NCBI GenBank assembly: GCA_026770705.1
Contig: JANJGN010000009.1
Span: 13,392,001 to 13,456,000 of the forward strand
Reading direction: 5' to 3'
From: Isurus oxyrinchus
Lineage: Eukaryota
Length of the DNA stretch: 64,000 nucleotides
The position numbers and the translations under genes are program-made. The notes under the pieces were generated by a model, which did not search any database, was not told where the DNA came from, and worked only from the letters and a program-made list of their open reading frames with translations. Below are positions 39,951-54,186 of the stretch, in pieces; positions within the stretch are counted from its first letter, which is position 1; each line of letters opens with the position of its first letter.

Positions 39951-40332
39951 AAGGCTCTGACAGCATATTTTGAGAGAACAGACAAACCCCCAAACCCTAT
40001 CTAGACCCCAACCACACAAAGAAACGTGGTGATAGTGAGTAAAAGACCCAGACAATCTTAAACAGAAGATACAGGGCTGGCAAGAAAAGAAATTCTCAAA
40101 GTAAAGACAAAAGGGGAAAAAAAAGACTCATCAAGATATCACTGGAACATCATGGGAAGAACAGATGCAAGCTGAGACACAGATCTGGAGACTGGACAGC
40201 ACAGGCTTGAAGCAGCAAGCAGCAGCACAGAAGCAGGAACAATTCCAGGGCTCAGCAGAAGCATGGAACCCAGACTAGCACTCCCAGAACCATTTCAGAG
40301 TGCAGAAGGCTTGCAACAGGGAGAACTGGAAA

Positions 40333-43300
40333 GGAACCACCAGGCTTAACCATGTATGTAGCTGGTGTTTTGTTAATAATTCAGATAGTGTTGAACCTGT
40401 AGTCGAATGTGGAGTTGCACAATAACTAGGAAGAAAGTGGGAAAGTCGAGACTCAAGAGTATCTTCTGATAACCTTTTCATATCAGACTCAAAAGTTTGT
40501 ACAGCTTTCTCAGCTAAACCATTCAATGAGGGATGGTAAGGAGCTGTTTTAATATGTCTGATTTCATTCAGATTCATGAATTCCTAAAACTCTGTGCTGG
40601 TAAAGACTGTACTGTTATCAGAAATGACAATTTCAGATAGGCCATGAATGCTAAAACAGTGACGCAGCTTCTCAATAGTTGTGCTGGATGTTAGCAAATT
40701 TGACTTTGTGTATATCCATCCATTTAGAATGTGCATCCACAATCAGCAAAAACATGGTACCTAAGAATGGTCCTACATAATCAATATCTAGTCTAACTCA
40801 GGGTCAACCAGGCTACTCCCATGGTTGCAGGGGAGCTGAAACAGGCAACTTCTGTTGTTGCTGATAATGGAGACAGTGCTTGACCATGCTGTCAATATCA
40901 CTAAAAATGCCTGGCCACCAGACATAGCTTTGTGCAAGCATTGTCATCTTCGATATGCATGGATGCGCACTGTGAAGCTCTGTCAAGAGTATTTCTCTAC
41001 CTTTTGAAGGGACGACAACTCTTTATCCCTCCAACAAAATTCTTGACAGCTTAACTCTTGTTTCTGGCATGGAATAGTCTCAAATCTTCAGATAAAGGCG
41101 ATTTGACCTTTCTTGATTAACAAAGTCTCTGACTTTTGACAATATTGGATCCCTTTTCGTCCAATTTCTAATTTGCTTCGCACACAGAGGTGAAGAATCC
41201 AAGAAATTCGGTAATAGTGCAACTTCTTGTGGAGGAAGAGCATGTACAATGCTATCTGGTAATAGGAGATGACTGAGTGCATCCATATTTGCAATGTGTA
41301 AGCCAGGATGGTACATAAAAGTATACTCATAGGCAGATAATATCAAAGCCCAACATTGTATTCTTGCTGATGCTATTGGCAGAATCGCCTTATCCTCACT
41401 GAATAAACCCATTAATGGTTTATGGTCTGAGATAACAGTGAAAAGTCATCCATATAGGTACTGGTGGAGTTTCTTCACTCTGAATGCCATTGATAAACAT
41501 TCCTTTTTTTAGCTGGGAATAGCCCTTCTCAGTGGAGAGCATTCTTGAGACATAGCCAATGGGCTTTCCTGATCCATTTTCCATTCTATGTGATAACATG
41601 GCTCCTACACCATAAGGAGAGGCATCACATGTTAATACCAACCCTTTCGATGGGTGGTAGTGTACCAGTAAACATGAAGAATGCAACAGTTTCTTTACTT
41701 TCACAAAGGCTTCTTCCTGTTGTGAGTTCCACAACCAACGTTGATTCTTTTTTAATAACAAGTGTAATGGTACAACACAGTTGATAAGTTAGGCAAGAAG
41801 TGGCTATAGTAGTTGTTCATACCCAGGTTGAGTTCGGTTACATTGGATGGTAAGGGTACATCGTTTATTGTTGAATTTTCTCTTCTACCAGATAAAAACC
41901 CATGGTGTCTACCCTGTGACCCAGGTAAGTAACTTCTGGCACTTGAAATATGCATTTTTCCTTCTTTGACCATACACTGGCTTCCATGGACCTTCTTAAC
42001 ACCGCCTCCAGGTTGGCCAAGTGTTCGGTCTCGATTGACCCTTTGATCAGAACATCTGAGTCCTTGGAAAAGACTCTCCATTGTTCTCTGGAAGATAGCG
42101 CATGCAGATGATACCCCAAAGGGTAGGTGAGTGCACTGATAAAGTCCCTTGTGTGTGTTAATAGTCACATATTCTCTCGATCCAGTTCTAATTGTTGGTA
42201 GGCATGGCTCATATCCAATTTTGTATAGGACTTGCCTCCAGCCAGCTTTGCATATAAGTCGTTTATCCTTGAAATGGGGTACTTGTCTAATTTTACTGCC
42301 TTATTTACAGTGAATTTATAGTCCCCACAAAGACGTATAGCTTGGTCAGTCTTAACGACTGGAATATGGGTGCTGCCCATTCCGAGAACTGGACAGGTTG
42401 AATGATGCCCAGTTTTTCTAATTGGCACAGTTCTGCATCCACCTTCTCCTTCAATTCATAAGGCACAGGTCTGGCCTTAAAGAAAGGTGTTGTCACTTGA
42501 GGATCCACATATATTTTGGCCTGCACACCTTTTAACTTCCCTAATTCATCCCAAAATACCATGTCATATTTCCTTAGCAGTTCAGAAACTTCTCTTTTCA
42601 GGTGTAAATTCTCAGACCAGTCAAGCTTGATCTTCTGCCTGTAAGATTGTGTCCTTCTCCTTTCACTATTATCACAGGTAACTGGGCTGTCTGTTGCCTA
42701 CAAGACACTGGTACTGTGGCGATGCCCTTTACCTGAATATATTCTCCAGTGTATGTCTTTAATTTAGTGGTTGTCTGCTCCAGGTTTATTGGCTGTCTAC
42801 TTTCATTAAGGTATTTGAAAATGTGCTCTCCCACCACTGTGGCTGAGGAGCCCATATCCACCTCCATTATTAGTGTTTTCTCATTAACTTGGATTGTGAC
42901 AGTGATAGGTTTGGTTTTTACAGCAGTGACGTTATACAAGCAATAAATGTCAGTGTCGGTAGCTTCAGGTTCTGCTGGATTTTTAAATTCAATCATGTTG
43001 GTTTGCTGCTTTACGGGCTGTTTTAACTTTGCCCTGCAGTGCCTTACTATGTGACCCTTCTTACTGCAGTAATGGCATTCTGCCTCCTTGAATTTATAGG
43101 TGTCCGGTCCGTGGTCACTTCCACATCTGTAACAGCTTAATTGTGGAGTCGCTGCTGAAATGTTTCTACTAGAACTTTTCATGTTTTGAACAGCGGACAT
43201 TGTCTCTCACTTTGATGCTGTTCTTTGGTTTTTGCACCACTCCTGAGGGAAGGTTCTCGCCTACGTGAAGAACAGCTCCATGTTGTACATGTTGCAAACC

Positions 43301-44097
43301 CTGTGAGTCTCTCACAGCACTTTCCACGGTGAGGGAGATTTCTAGGGTGCGCTTAAAGTCGATGTTGGCGAGCAAATGGTGCTGAATGGCATTATCCTGA
43401 ACTCCACAAACGAATCAGCCCCGCAGTGTATCATTTAACGTGTCCCTGAACTTGCAGTGTTCTGTCAACTGCTTCAGACTCACTACATATGCTGCGAAGG
43501 ACTCTCTCAGAGCCCTAAATTAAATTCAAAACGCTGCATTATTATGGATGGCTTCGGCTGGAAGTGCATTTTCACGAGGTCCACTAATTCATTAAAGAAC
43601 TTAGAATTGGACACGCTCAGGGACATCAGATTATGTTTTACTGCCATTTACACTCAAAGGGATGACTTTCTCCTTTTCCTCTGTGGTATTTTCATTTGCT
43701 ACGAAATAAAATCCGAGGTTCTCTGCATACTGGCTCCAGTCTTCCATAGTTGCATCATAAGGATTGATTTTGCTGAAGAGTGGCGTGACTGGTGAGTAGT
43801 CTTTTCTTCTCCTTAAGATGCAATGTACTCACATTAACAGGGCAGGAGCTATTTTATCCTCATCGCCAAATATAATGACACGACGGAGAGGACAGGTTTC
43901 AACAATAAACCGATAAACTTTATTACAGAGAGCTTTCCAGGTGCTACATGCTCCATCAGGACTCTTGTCAGGAAGCCCCACCTCCCGGATTACCCACGTT
44001 TAGGGCTCATTGATCGGAGCCCCCCCCCCCCCCACCCCCCCGAGCATCATGTGACCCCTGATAGACAGCAGGAGAAACTATATCTTCAGTTACTACA
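40333..44097 (-). mobile_element. Decayed Gypsy (Mag-like) LTR retrotransposon; 3' LTR not found
   Basis: LTR 44097-43871 (TGTAGTAAC...), PBS TGGCGATGAGGAT at 43868-43856; gag with CCHC knuckles, protease EVDMGS, RT, RNase H (LTCDAS), integrase (TAPYHPSLNGLAEKAV). Confidence 0.93.
40335..43785 (-). pseudogene. Gypsy gag-pol pseudogene
   Basis: Many frameshifted ORFs (42598-43200, 42165-42428, 41752-42168, 41420-41761, 41080-41412, 40275-40577); the RT YxDD segment is deleted near 42060. Confidence 0.92.
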
Positions 44098-44185
44098 GTC
44101 ATCATCAATCTCGATAAGTTAATTCTGTTTCTCTCCACAAATACTGCCTGACATGCTGTGTATTTCCAGCATTTTCTGCTTTAAT
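44098..44185 (+). mobile_element. Old Penelope pLTR fragment abutting the Gypsy LTR
   Basis: TTAATTCTGTTTCTCTCCACAAATACTGCCTGACATGCTGTGTATTTCCAGCATTTTCTG resembles 21885-21975. Confidence 0.6.
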
Positions 44186-44800
44186 ATAAAAGTAGGGAAG
44201 ACTAGCTACAACTGCACAGGGCATTGATGATACCACATCTATAGTACTTGATTCAATTTTGTCTCCTTATTAAATGAGAGATATACTTGCATTAGAGGAA
44301 GTTCAAAGAAGATTCACTGGATTGATTCCTGGAATAAAGGCGTTGCCTCATGAGAAATGTTAAGCAGGTTAGGCCTAGCCTTATCGGAGGTCAGAAAAAT
44401 GAGAGCTGATTGTATTGCAACATATAAGATCCTGAGAGGGCTTGATGGGGTAGATGCTGAAAGGATGTTTTCCCCTGTGGGGGAATCTGGAGCAAGGGGG
44501 CACAGTTACAAAATAAGGGCTCTCCTATTTAAGACTGAGATGACGAGGACTTTCTTCTCTTGGTGGGTCATTAATCTTAGAATTCTCTTTGCCAGAGAGC
44601 AGTGGAGGCTGGGTCATTGAGTATATAGTCAAGGCTGAGTTAGAGAAATACAAATGAGTCAAAGGTTATGAGGGCTGAGGGACAGGCAAAACAGTGGAGT
44701 TAAGGTCGCAACCAAATTATCCATGATGTTATTGAATGGTAGAACAGGCTGGAGGGACCAAATGACCTGCTCCTCCACATATTTCTTCCGTTCTTATGAA
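44186..44800 (+). mobile_element. CR1 3' fragment
   Basis: ORF 44357-44620 YKILRGLDGVDAERMF. Confidence 0.85.
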
Positions 44801-47800
44801 GAACAGAGGAGCACCCCCTGATAGCCAAGCCAATATCAATCCTTCAACCAACATCACTAAAACTAATGATCTGGTCATTATCCCATTGCTGTTGTAGGAC
44901 TTGGATATGTGAAATTTAATGGTTATGTTTGTTACATTACAACAAAAAGTACTTCATTGATTTTAAGGTGCTTCAAGATTTCCCAAGCCCATCAAATGGA
45001 AGTGCAAGGCATTTCTATTCCTCAGTCTAACGAATTTTGCACACCTAACCTCCTGCACATTTACTTACTTCACAGCTGGATTAATGCACTGGGTGGTACT
45101 TATAGCATTAATCTACCTATTGGTGGAAAGAAACTGGTCAATTACTATCATTATTGTGGATCTTTTTTCTGAATGGCTGTTCAGTTGAGCTTTAGTTGTA
45201 GGAACATTTGGTGGGAACTGGAGGGGTGCAGCGCAAAGCTTCAGCTGGGACTCTACTTGGATTATACACACTGAGGAGGGCCTGTAAGCAACCTGATGGG
45301 GAACAGCACAGAAGGAACATCAGTTTTTGCTTAACAATACAGGGACATAAGAACAGGAGTAGCCCATTCAGCCCCTCATCATTCAGTCAGATAGATCTGT
45401 TCCTCAATTCCATCTATCTGCCTTTGTTTCAAATCCCTTGATTCCCTTACCTCATAAAAATCTCTGTTTTGAAACCCCCAATTTGCACCCAACAGAGTTC
45501 CAAATCTCAGTACATAGGGGTTGGGGTTTTGTGACTGTTCCTCTCCTGAGACCAGTCACGAGAGCATCTCTCTGGCCTTCAGTTGTGTTCCTGTTTCTTG
45601 TCCTTGTTCCCTGCCCAGAGTCAAGTCTGCACCAGAAGGGGTTAGGAAGATTGGGCCTAAGTCATGCGAATGACCTGGGACAAGAAAATAAGGCACAGCA
45701 ATGCCCAGAATGCTCCAAATCATCTCAAGCTTATTTCGCCTGACTAGTACCTGCTATGGGGATTGGGAGAGATGACAATCAGCCCTAATATGTTTTCAAG
45801 AAGCACAAGTAATTGCTGCTCAAGGTTTTCTAGGAATCAATGCCACATAAACTGTTGTGTGGTTAGAAAATTTCAAAGCTGAAGTGTTTTACTTCAGAGC
45901 TCTGTCGAGTCGAATCCCTTTGTTGATAGTGCAACAAGATCTTGACAACCGTACTCTTAGTGGTATCAATAGTTATTATCTCTCCAATAAATGATTATTT
46001 TTAAAGGTGAAATTGATGGGAAGAGGAGAACAACTTATCTTTTTTTGACAACTGTTTTGAATGATGGACCAGGTTGTCCAGTCTTTAACAGCCCCTCCCC
46101 CTCCCCAAGAAACACAGCTATTTGTGCCTCACATCTGTAAATTGTGTTAGAGAATTGGCTGCATTATTCTGAAAGAAGTGACTTAAGAATAGAATTCATT
46201 ATTTACTTTTTCGAGAAGTAATCAGTTGTTGTTGATGTGAATGGAAATCTGTCTCCATTCAGGGATGCTACTTCCAGAATTTTGGAGGGAGTATATGTAG
46301 AGAAATGAAAGGGGGAACTGTTGTAGATGTCAGCGACAATGTGCACTAAGTATTAGTTATAGGAGGATAGATTTTTTTAAAATGATAAAAACATTCCTGT
46401 TTTTGAGTAATTTGTGCCAGATATTTCCTTCAATTGATCCCACGGGAAGACTTCCTGTTGTCTAAGGTCCATCATCTATTAACCCGCTCAATATCTGGGT
46501 AAAAGTGGTGAGATCCAGAGATCAAACAGAGAACTCTTCCCATTGTACTCCTGTTTACTGATGTATAACAAGTGCCACCACATGATCTCTTCACCTTCAG
46601 CAGTTGGAAGAGTATTCACTTTATTATGTCACAGCCTAGCCTATGCACCACTTGACCGGTTTATTGAACTTTAACCAGGTAAATGAATAGCACTTAGTAC
46701 AAACAATATATTTACAGTAATTACAAAATATACTATTCTTGTTGCCATGTGAAAACACCAGCAGCCCTTCTTCTAGCTACAAGTGGGCCATTCAGTTCCC
46801 TGAGTCTGTCCTGCCATTTAATTAGCTCATGGATTATCTGTGACTAACTCACAACAAGAAACTGACCCGTGAGATACAGTTGCTTACTTAGTAACTATCA
46901 GCCACTATAGTAGAGCTAAACCTGCCACTTTTCTCTGCTGGCTTCAGATTGACTGCTGTCTGGTTGGAATACAGTCAAGCTATGGTTCAAAATTTCTTTC
47001 AAGATATTCTAGAATAGCAAAAATTTCAAAACTGTATTCAGAGCGTATGTCTTCCAGTAGTTGCTGCATTTTTCAGCAAGATGTACTGGTTCTTACACTG
47101 GTCAAGTGGCTGGCCACTACCTTAGGTTTCTGACCATCACCCCCTCACCGCCACCTGTCCCCCCACCACCGCCCCCCTGACACCCCCCCCACCCCACACA
47201 ACCCACACCCACATCTTGCCAGTTCCCCTACTTGCACGAACCTAAGCTGAGCTGATCCTGATATGACCCTGGAAAGTCTGATAGGTCCGACAAATGACTC
47301 CGAAGTGCTTTGAAAATCCTGCTCTGCCATTGTTATGGTGGGGGAAACTGAACATGGAATTTCAGGGCCTTGGACTTGACAATATGGGGAAATATTACTA
47401 TAATTCAAGTTGTGTGGAAGTGGAACTGATTATACTAAACTGGTGGACACTGGCACTCACTAACTTCAATTCGAAGATTGGCTTAAATACTTACAAATGT
47501 TGTTATTTTGGTTCCCAAACAATTATAAATTAATATAAGAAGCCCATATATGAAGTTATTTAGGAAATCCACATTGCAGTATCGAAACAACGATGTTGAT
47601 TCTCTATAATTGGTCAACAGCAGTGCGTCCACAGTGTGTTCACTGACTCCCAATACATTTTACCAGCATCAATGCATTTAAGGAGAAACTAGATAATAAT
47701 GTAAGCAAAAAAGGATTAGAAAGATACACAGGCAGCGTGAGATGAAGTTGAGTGGGAGGAGGGCCAAGTTTAGCATAAACATTGGCATAATTTCTATTAA

Positions 47801-50800
47801 TATGAATGGCCTGTTATTCTGACGTTAATACGACATACCTAGAAGGAGCCATGTATTGTACAGACTTGCTGGTGCAGGAAAAGGGGTTTGAACTAATTTA
47901 CATTGAGTAACTTAATCCCCAGTAATGGACAAAGCTGGCAGCTTTATAATTAAAAATGTAACTTGAAAAATCTAAATAAATATCGGTATTTTGAGATTGT
48001 TTAAAGTGTTTATAAAGTTCCAAATGATCACAACATTTCGAAGAATTAACTCAGAATGGGGATTTTTTTTTCCTATTTTTTCAAATTGTTGTCACTGTGA
48101 TCCCTTTCAGCAGGAAGACCTGAACCATCAATCTTTCGAGGGCAATGATCAGCCTTATTGGTTTGTTACTTTTCTGCAATTGGAGACACAATTAGATCCA
48201 AATCACAATTGCAATCCTCTCTTGTAAGGAGATGTTCCACTTTTGTTCAGTATTCCTGTCTACCAAGCTACCTGTGAACTAATTAGAGGCATCTCACTCA
48301 GGCTACGGACTTGAATGGCAGCTCCAGAGCTTGGCCTTTGACCCTTCAGGAGATGAAGCAAGTCTTCCAAGTCATCTTTATAAACTAACACTATTAAGGA
48401 TCAAGAGCTCTTTTTCCCTCCGGTTCGCTAATTTCCTCGAAAAAATAGTCATGAGTTAAGTGGAGTGTCACATCGGTAGGAATCGCTAATTGCCTATTTA
48501 CTGTGTTTACTACCCTGAGGATTTATTCTGCTTCAAATGGCTTGGTAAATATTAGTTAAAAGTATGAAAAAAGCCAATATTTATTTGTTAAGTACTTGTG
48601 AATAATGAATATTTAACTCCAAGCCATGCTTAAGTACTTGAGACTTAATGAAAGGAAATATTTCAAGGTGTTAAACAACAATATTAGAAATAAATAGTAG
48701 AGACAATTTCTTCTTTCTCTCAGTAGTTGCATGGTAGGACAGGATATATTGGAAGAAATAAATGGGGTGTGTAAGAAAGGTACCACAATAATCATGGGTG
48801 ACTTTAATCTACATGTAGATTGGCAAATCACATTGGCAAAGGTAGCCTGGAACATGAGTTCATAGAGTGCATTCTGGACAATTTCTTAGAGCTGTGCATT
48901 CTAGAGCCAACCAGGGAGCAGCTATTCCAGAAGTGGTAACGAGTAATGAGACAGGATTAATCAATAACATCATTGTAAAGGAGCCTCTAGGCGACAGCAA
49001 TCATAACACGATAGAATTTCATGTTCAGTTTGAAGGGGAGAAGTGTGAGTCTAAGACGAGTGTCTTAAACCTGAATGAAGGTAATTATAAAGGTATGAAA
49101 GCAGATCTCGCTAAAATGAATTGGGACACCAGGTTTAGAGGAAAGGCAGTAGAGAAGCAGTGGCAAACTTTTAAGAAGGTATTTAATAGCCCTCAGAAAA
49201 GATTTATCCCAGTGAAAAAGAGTCTTTGAGAAGGATATGTCACCTGCGGCTGAATGACAAAGTTAAGGACAGTATCAATTTGAAAGAAACACTGTACAAA
49301 TCTGCAAAGGTTTTTGGTAGGTCAGAAGATTGGTCAAGCCAGCAAAGAATGATTGAAAAAAAGTGGGAGAAAGAAGAGCATGAGAGAAAGATAGCTAGTA
49401 ATATAAACAGATTGTAAGATAATCTACAAGTATTTAAATAGAAAAAGAGTGACTGAAGCTGGTGTTGGTCCTCAAGAGAGAGTCTGGGGAATTGATAATG
49501 GAAGAAAGGAAATGGCAGAGGTGTTGAACAGATATTTTGTGTCTATCTTCACATTGGAAGACTTAGAAAATGTCCCAAAGATACTTAATAATCAAGAGGT
49601 GAATGGGGGGAGGAACTTAAAACAATCACCATTACTAGGAAAGAGGTGCTGGGAAAACTATTAGACCTAAAGACTGACAAGCCCCCAGGAACATGATGGC
49701 CTGAGTCCTAGGGTCTTCAGAGAAGAGGCTGCAGAGTTGTAGATGCATTGGTTATAATCTTCCAAATTTCCTTGGATCCTGGAAAGGTTCCAGTGGATTG
49801 GAAAATAGCTAATGTAACACCTTTATTCAAGAAAGGAGGGAGACAGAAAGCAGGAAACTTACAGGCCAGTTAGCCTAACATCTGTCATAGGGAACTTGCT
49901 AGAATCTATTATCAAGGAGGTGATAGCAGGATATTTTGAAAAATTACAATTTGATCAGGCAGAGTCAACATGGCTTTGTGAAAGGGGAATCGTGTTTAAC
50001 TAATTTATTAGAATTTTTTGAGGTAGTAACAAGCAAGGTGGATAGAGGGAAACCTATAGATGTGGTGTACTTGAATTTCCAGAAGGTATTTGGTAAGGTG
50101 CGTCATCAAAGGTTATGTAGGGGGTCACATATTGGAATGGATTAAGGATTGGTTAGTTAACAGGAAGCAGAGGGTATGGATAAATAGATCTTTTGTGGAT
50201 TGGCAAGCAGTAACAAGTGGAGGGCCACAGGGGCCAGTGCTGGGGCCTCAACTATATACAATGTAAATCAATGATTTGGATCAAAGGTGATAAAGACAAG
50301 AAGTCACTTGTGGGAATGGTGTACAGGCGCCCTAACAGTCACCATATCATACAACAAGGTATAAATGACAAAGAAGAGATAATGGGAGCTTGTCAAAAAG
50401 ATACATTGATAATCATGGGGGATTTTAATCAGATGGGTAAATCAGATGGGGGAGTCTGGATGAAAAGTTCATAGAGTGTTTTGGGGAAAGTTTCTTAGAA
50501 CAGCACATTCTGGAGCCAGCCAGAGAACTGGCTATGCTAGACCTGATATTGTGTGAGGAGACAGGGATCTCATAATGAAGGTGCTCCTAGGTAGCAGTGA
50601 TCATAATATGATTAAATTTTACATTCAGTTTGGGGAAGAGATAAGTGGGCCCAAAACTAATATTTTAAACTCAAATAAGGGCACTTATGAGGGCATGAAA
50701 GCAGAGGTAGCTAAAGTGAACTGGCAAATGAAGTTAAGGTCAATAGAGATGCACTGGCTGACATTTAAAGGGATATTTCAGAATAGATACATTTCAACGA

Positions 50801-50969
50801 GAAAGAAAAATTCCAAGCAGTTAGTTATCTGTGGCTGACTAAAAAAGTTAAAGATAGTATCAACCTTAAAGAAAAAGCATATAATTGTGTAAGGATGGGT
50901 GGCAGGTCAGAAGACTGGACAGAATATGAAGAACAGCAAAGAAAGACCAAAAGATTAATAGGTGGGGGG

Positions 50970-51898
50970 TGTTATGGCCCAGTGGATAGTAAATGCCAAG
51001 CTACTCAAATCCCAGAGGGAAACTTGAAACAGCTACCAAAAATGGTTTTTGCAATGTGTATAGTATGAGGAGCAGTTCTGAAAACAGGAAATGATGTCCC
51101 CAACTACTTGTGAAGATTTTGTAGTAAAGTAAACATTTATTAAAGGAATAAAGAAAAGCAAATAAAACAGAATTACACTTAAACACATGAATGGCTGCAC
51201 ACAGTAAACACCAATTTAAAATAATTCCACAAATCTTAACTTTACCCTCAGAGCTAACCTACCCCTTCACTGTTCAGCAACTATCCTTATAGATTTTAAA
51301 ATCTATAGAAGTCCTGTAGTAATTTTTAACCACACAGTGCTTTCTCCTTGGGATATCCTCTGAGGCTGACAGCAACTGCTTCTTTCAGTCTGGCCTTGTT
51401 CCCCCTGTCTCCTGGGAGATCTGGCCAGTTACCCCTGCTGTCTTCTGGGAGATCTAAGCAGCTACCCTCTCACATAGGCTTCAGTATTCCCTTAAATTAA
51501 TTCCTTCCCTTTGATCTCTCTATTATCTCAAGCAGTCTCTTCAGAAATGCTTTCTTCCCAGAATTGATTAGACTTTTCTTTATTTCAGCTCTTAAACTTA
51601 TAATAACAAACTTACCCTATCTTTACCTCACTTCCTCACACCTTTTTACAAGCTGCATATATCCCCTTTTGAACTAAGACAACTCAGTTCAAACTATTCC
51701 TGTTATTGTGTTATGTAAAACTCTGATTGAAGATCCTCTTGTTTCATTAACATTTCAAAACCACTTCTTACTGTTGACTTTAGACCCTTACTGTCACTCT
51801 CGCTCTTAATCCAATTATAACTTGACTTCCAGTGCATAAGAAATTTTGCCAAGGTTATTACCAGAAGAAAAATATTACAATTTCTTGTTTTCTTGATG
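50970..51898. mobile_element. Solo LTR inserted in CR1
   Basis: The 5' ~90 bp match 8751 (TGTTATGGC..TAGTAAATGC..CTCAAATCCCAGAGG); the CR1 sequence resumes after it. Confidence 0.75.
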
Positions 51899-53259
51899 GA
51901 GGGAAAAAATAGAGTACGAGAGAAAGCTACTAGAAATATAAAAGCAGATAGTAAGAGTTTCTATAGATATTTAAATAGAAAAAAAGTTAACAAAGTGAGC
52001 ATTGGTCATATAGAAAGTGACCCTGGGAATTAACAATGGAAAATAAGGAGATGGCCGATGAATTGAACAGGTATTTTGCATCGGTCTTCAGTATAGAGAA
52101 TCCAAGTAACATCCCAGAAATAGCTGTAAATCAGGAATTGGAAGGGAGGGAAGAACTCAGGAAAATTGCACTCACCTGGGAAGTGGTACTTAGCAAATTG
52201 TCAGAGACCTGGGGATTGACAAGTCCTTGGGTCCTGATAGATGTCATCCTTTGCTCTTAAAATAAGTGGCTAGTGAGATAGTTGGTTTTAATTTTCCAAA
52301 ATTCCCTAGATTTGAGGAAAGTTCCATTAGATTGGAAAATGGCAAATGTAATCCTTTATTCAAAAAAGGAGGGAGAGAGAAAGCGAGAAACTACAGGCTA
52401 GTTAGCTTAACATCTGTCGTAGGGAAAATATTATAAGTTATTAATAAAAATGTTATGGCTGAGCACTTGGAAAAATTCAAGGCAATCAGGCAGAGTCAAC
52501 TTGGTTTTGTGAGAGGGAAATTATGTTTAACCAATTCATTGGAGTTCTTTGAAGAAGTCACATGTGCTGTGGTTAAAGGGGATATACTGTACTTAGATTT
52601 CCAGAAGGCATTTGATAATGTGCCGCATCAAAATTTATTGCAGAAAATAAAAGCTCCTGGTGTAGGGGGTAACATATTGGCATGGATAGAGGATTGGCTG
52701 GCTAACAGGAAACAGAGAGTTGGCATAAATGGGTCTTTTTCTGGTTGGCAGCATGTAATGAGTAGCATGCCACAGGGATCAGTGCTGGGGCCTCAACCTT
52801 TTACAATTTATATAAATGACTTGGATTATAGGACCAAAGGTATGGTTGCTAAATTTGCTAATGACAAAACGGTAGGTAGGAAAGTAAGTTGTGAAGAGGA
52901 CATACGGATAGTGGGCAAAAATCTGGCAAGTGGATTATCATGTAGGAAAATATGAAATTGTCCACTTAGGGAGGAAGAACAAAAAGATACATATAATCTA
53001 AATAATGAGAGATTGCAGAGCTCTGAGGTGCAGAGGGATTTGGATGCCCGAGTGCATGAATCATAAAAGACTAGTATGCAGGAACAGCAAGTAATTAGGA
53101 AAGCTAATAGAATGTTATTGTTTATTGTGAGGGGAATTGAATACAAAAGTAGGGAGGTTATGCTTCAGTTATTCCGGGCTGGCGTATTGTGTACAGTAAA
53201 GAAAAACAAAAATACCTGGAAAAACTCAGCAGGTCTGGCAGCATCTGTGGAAGGGAGCA

Positions 53260-53300
53260 CAGTTAACATTTCAAGGCCGCATGACTCTTCAACAGAACTA
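53260..53300 (-). ncRNA. Degenerate hammerhead motif in the PLE pLTR
   Basis: AGTT-CTGTTGA-A-GAGTC..GCCTT-GAAATGTT-AACT. Confidence 0.55.
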
Positions 53301-53708
53301 AGGAAAAATATAAAAGGGGTGAAATATAAGCTGGTTTAAGGGCGGGAGGGAGGGGGGGGGTCGGTGGTGTTGGGACAAGAGAGCTGGATAGAGGGTCAGT
53401 GATAGGTGGAGATAACCAAAAGATGTCACAGACAAAAGGACAAAGAGGTGTTGAAGGTGGTGATATTATCTAAAGGAATGTTCTAATTAAGGGTAGAAAG
53501 CAGGACAAGCAAGGTACAGATAGCCCTAGTGGGGTTGGGGTGGGGTGAAGGAATCGAAAAAGGCTAAAAGGTAGAGATAAAACAATGAATGGAAATACAT
53601 TTAAAAATAATGGAAATAGGTGGGAAAAGAAAAATCTATATAAATTATTGGAAAAAACAAAAAGAACGGGGAAAAATCAGAAAGGGGGTGGGGATGGATG
53701 ACAGAGTT

Positions 53709-54000
53709 CATGATCTAAAATTGTTGAACTCAATATTCAGTCCAGAAGGCTGTAAAGTGCCTAGTCGGAAGATGAGGTGCTGTTCCTCCAGTTTGCGTTG
53801 AGCTTCACTCGAACAATGCAGCAAGCCAAGGATGGATATGTGGGCATGAGAGCAGGGTGGAGTGTTGAAATGGCAAGCGACAGGAGGTCTGGGTAATGCT
53901 TGTGGACAGAATGAAGGTGTTCTGCAAAGCGGTCACCCAGTCTGCGTTTGGTCTCTCCAATGTAGAGGAAACTGCATTGGGAGCAACGAATGAAGTAGAC
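53709..54000 (-). pseudogene. PLE GIY-YIG endonuclease fragment
   Basis: VY.I / YIG / R / E / N motifs plus CxxC..H..H; one frameshift near 53885. Confidence 0.9.
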
Positions 54001-54186
54001 TATAGAATGCAGTAGAATGCAGTAGTATTGTGTACAGTGTTGGCTCCTTATTTAAGGAAAGATGTAAATTTATTAGAAGCAGTTCAGAGAAGCTTTACTA
54101 GACTAATACCAAGAGTATAAGACAGGTTGTCTTAGGAGGAAAGTTTGGACAGGCTGGGCTAGTATCACTGGGGTTTAGAAGAGTGG

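Larger units (their letters stand above)
53198..54024 (-). mobile_element. 5'-truncated Penelope-like retrotransposon (GIY-YIG C-terminus plus pLTR), 14-bp TSD
   Basis: TSD GTATTGTGTACAGT at 53184-53197 and 54025-54038; minus strand reads VYFIRCSQCSFLYIGETKRRLGDRFAEHL..(frameshift)..PVACHFN..EEQHLIFRLGTLQPSGLN. Confidence 0.93.
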
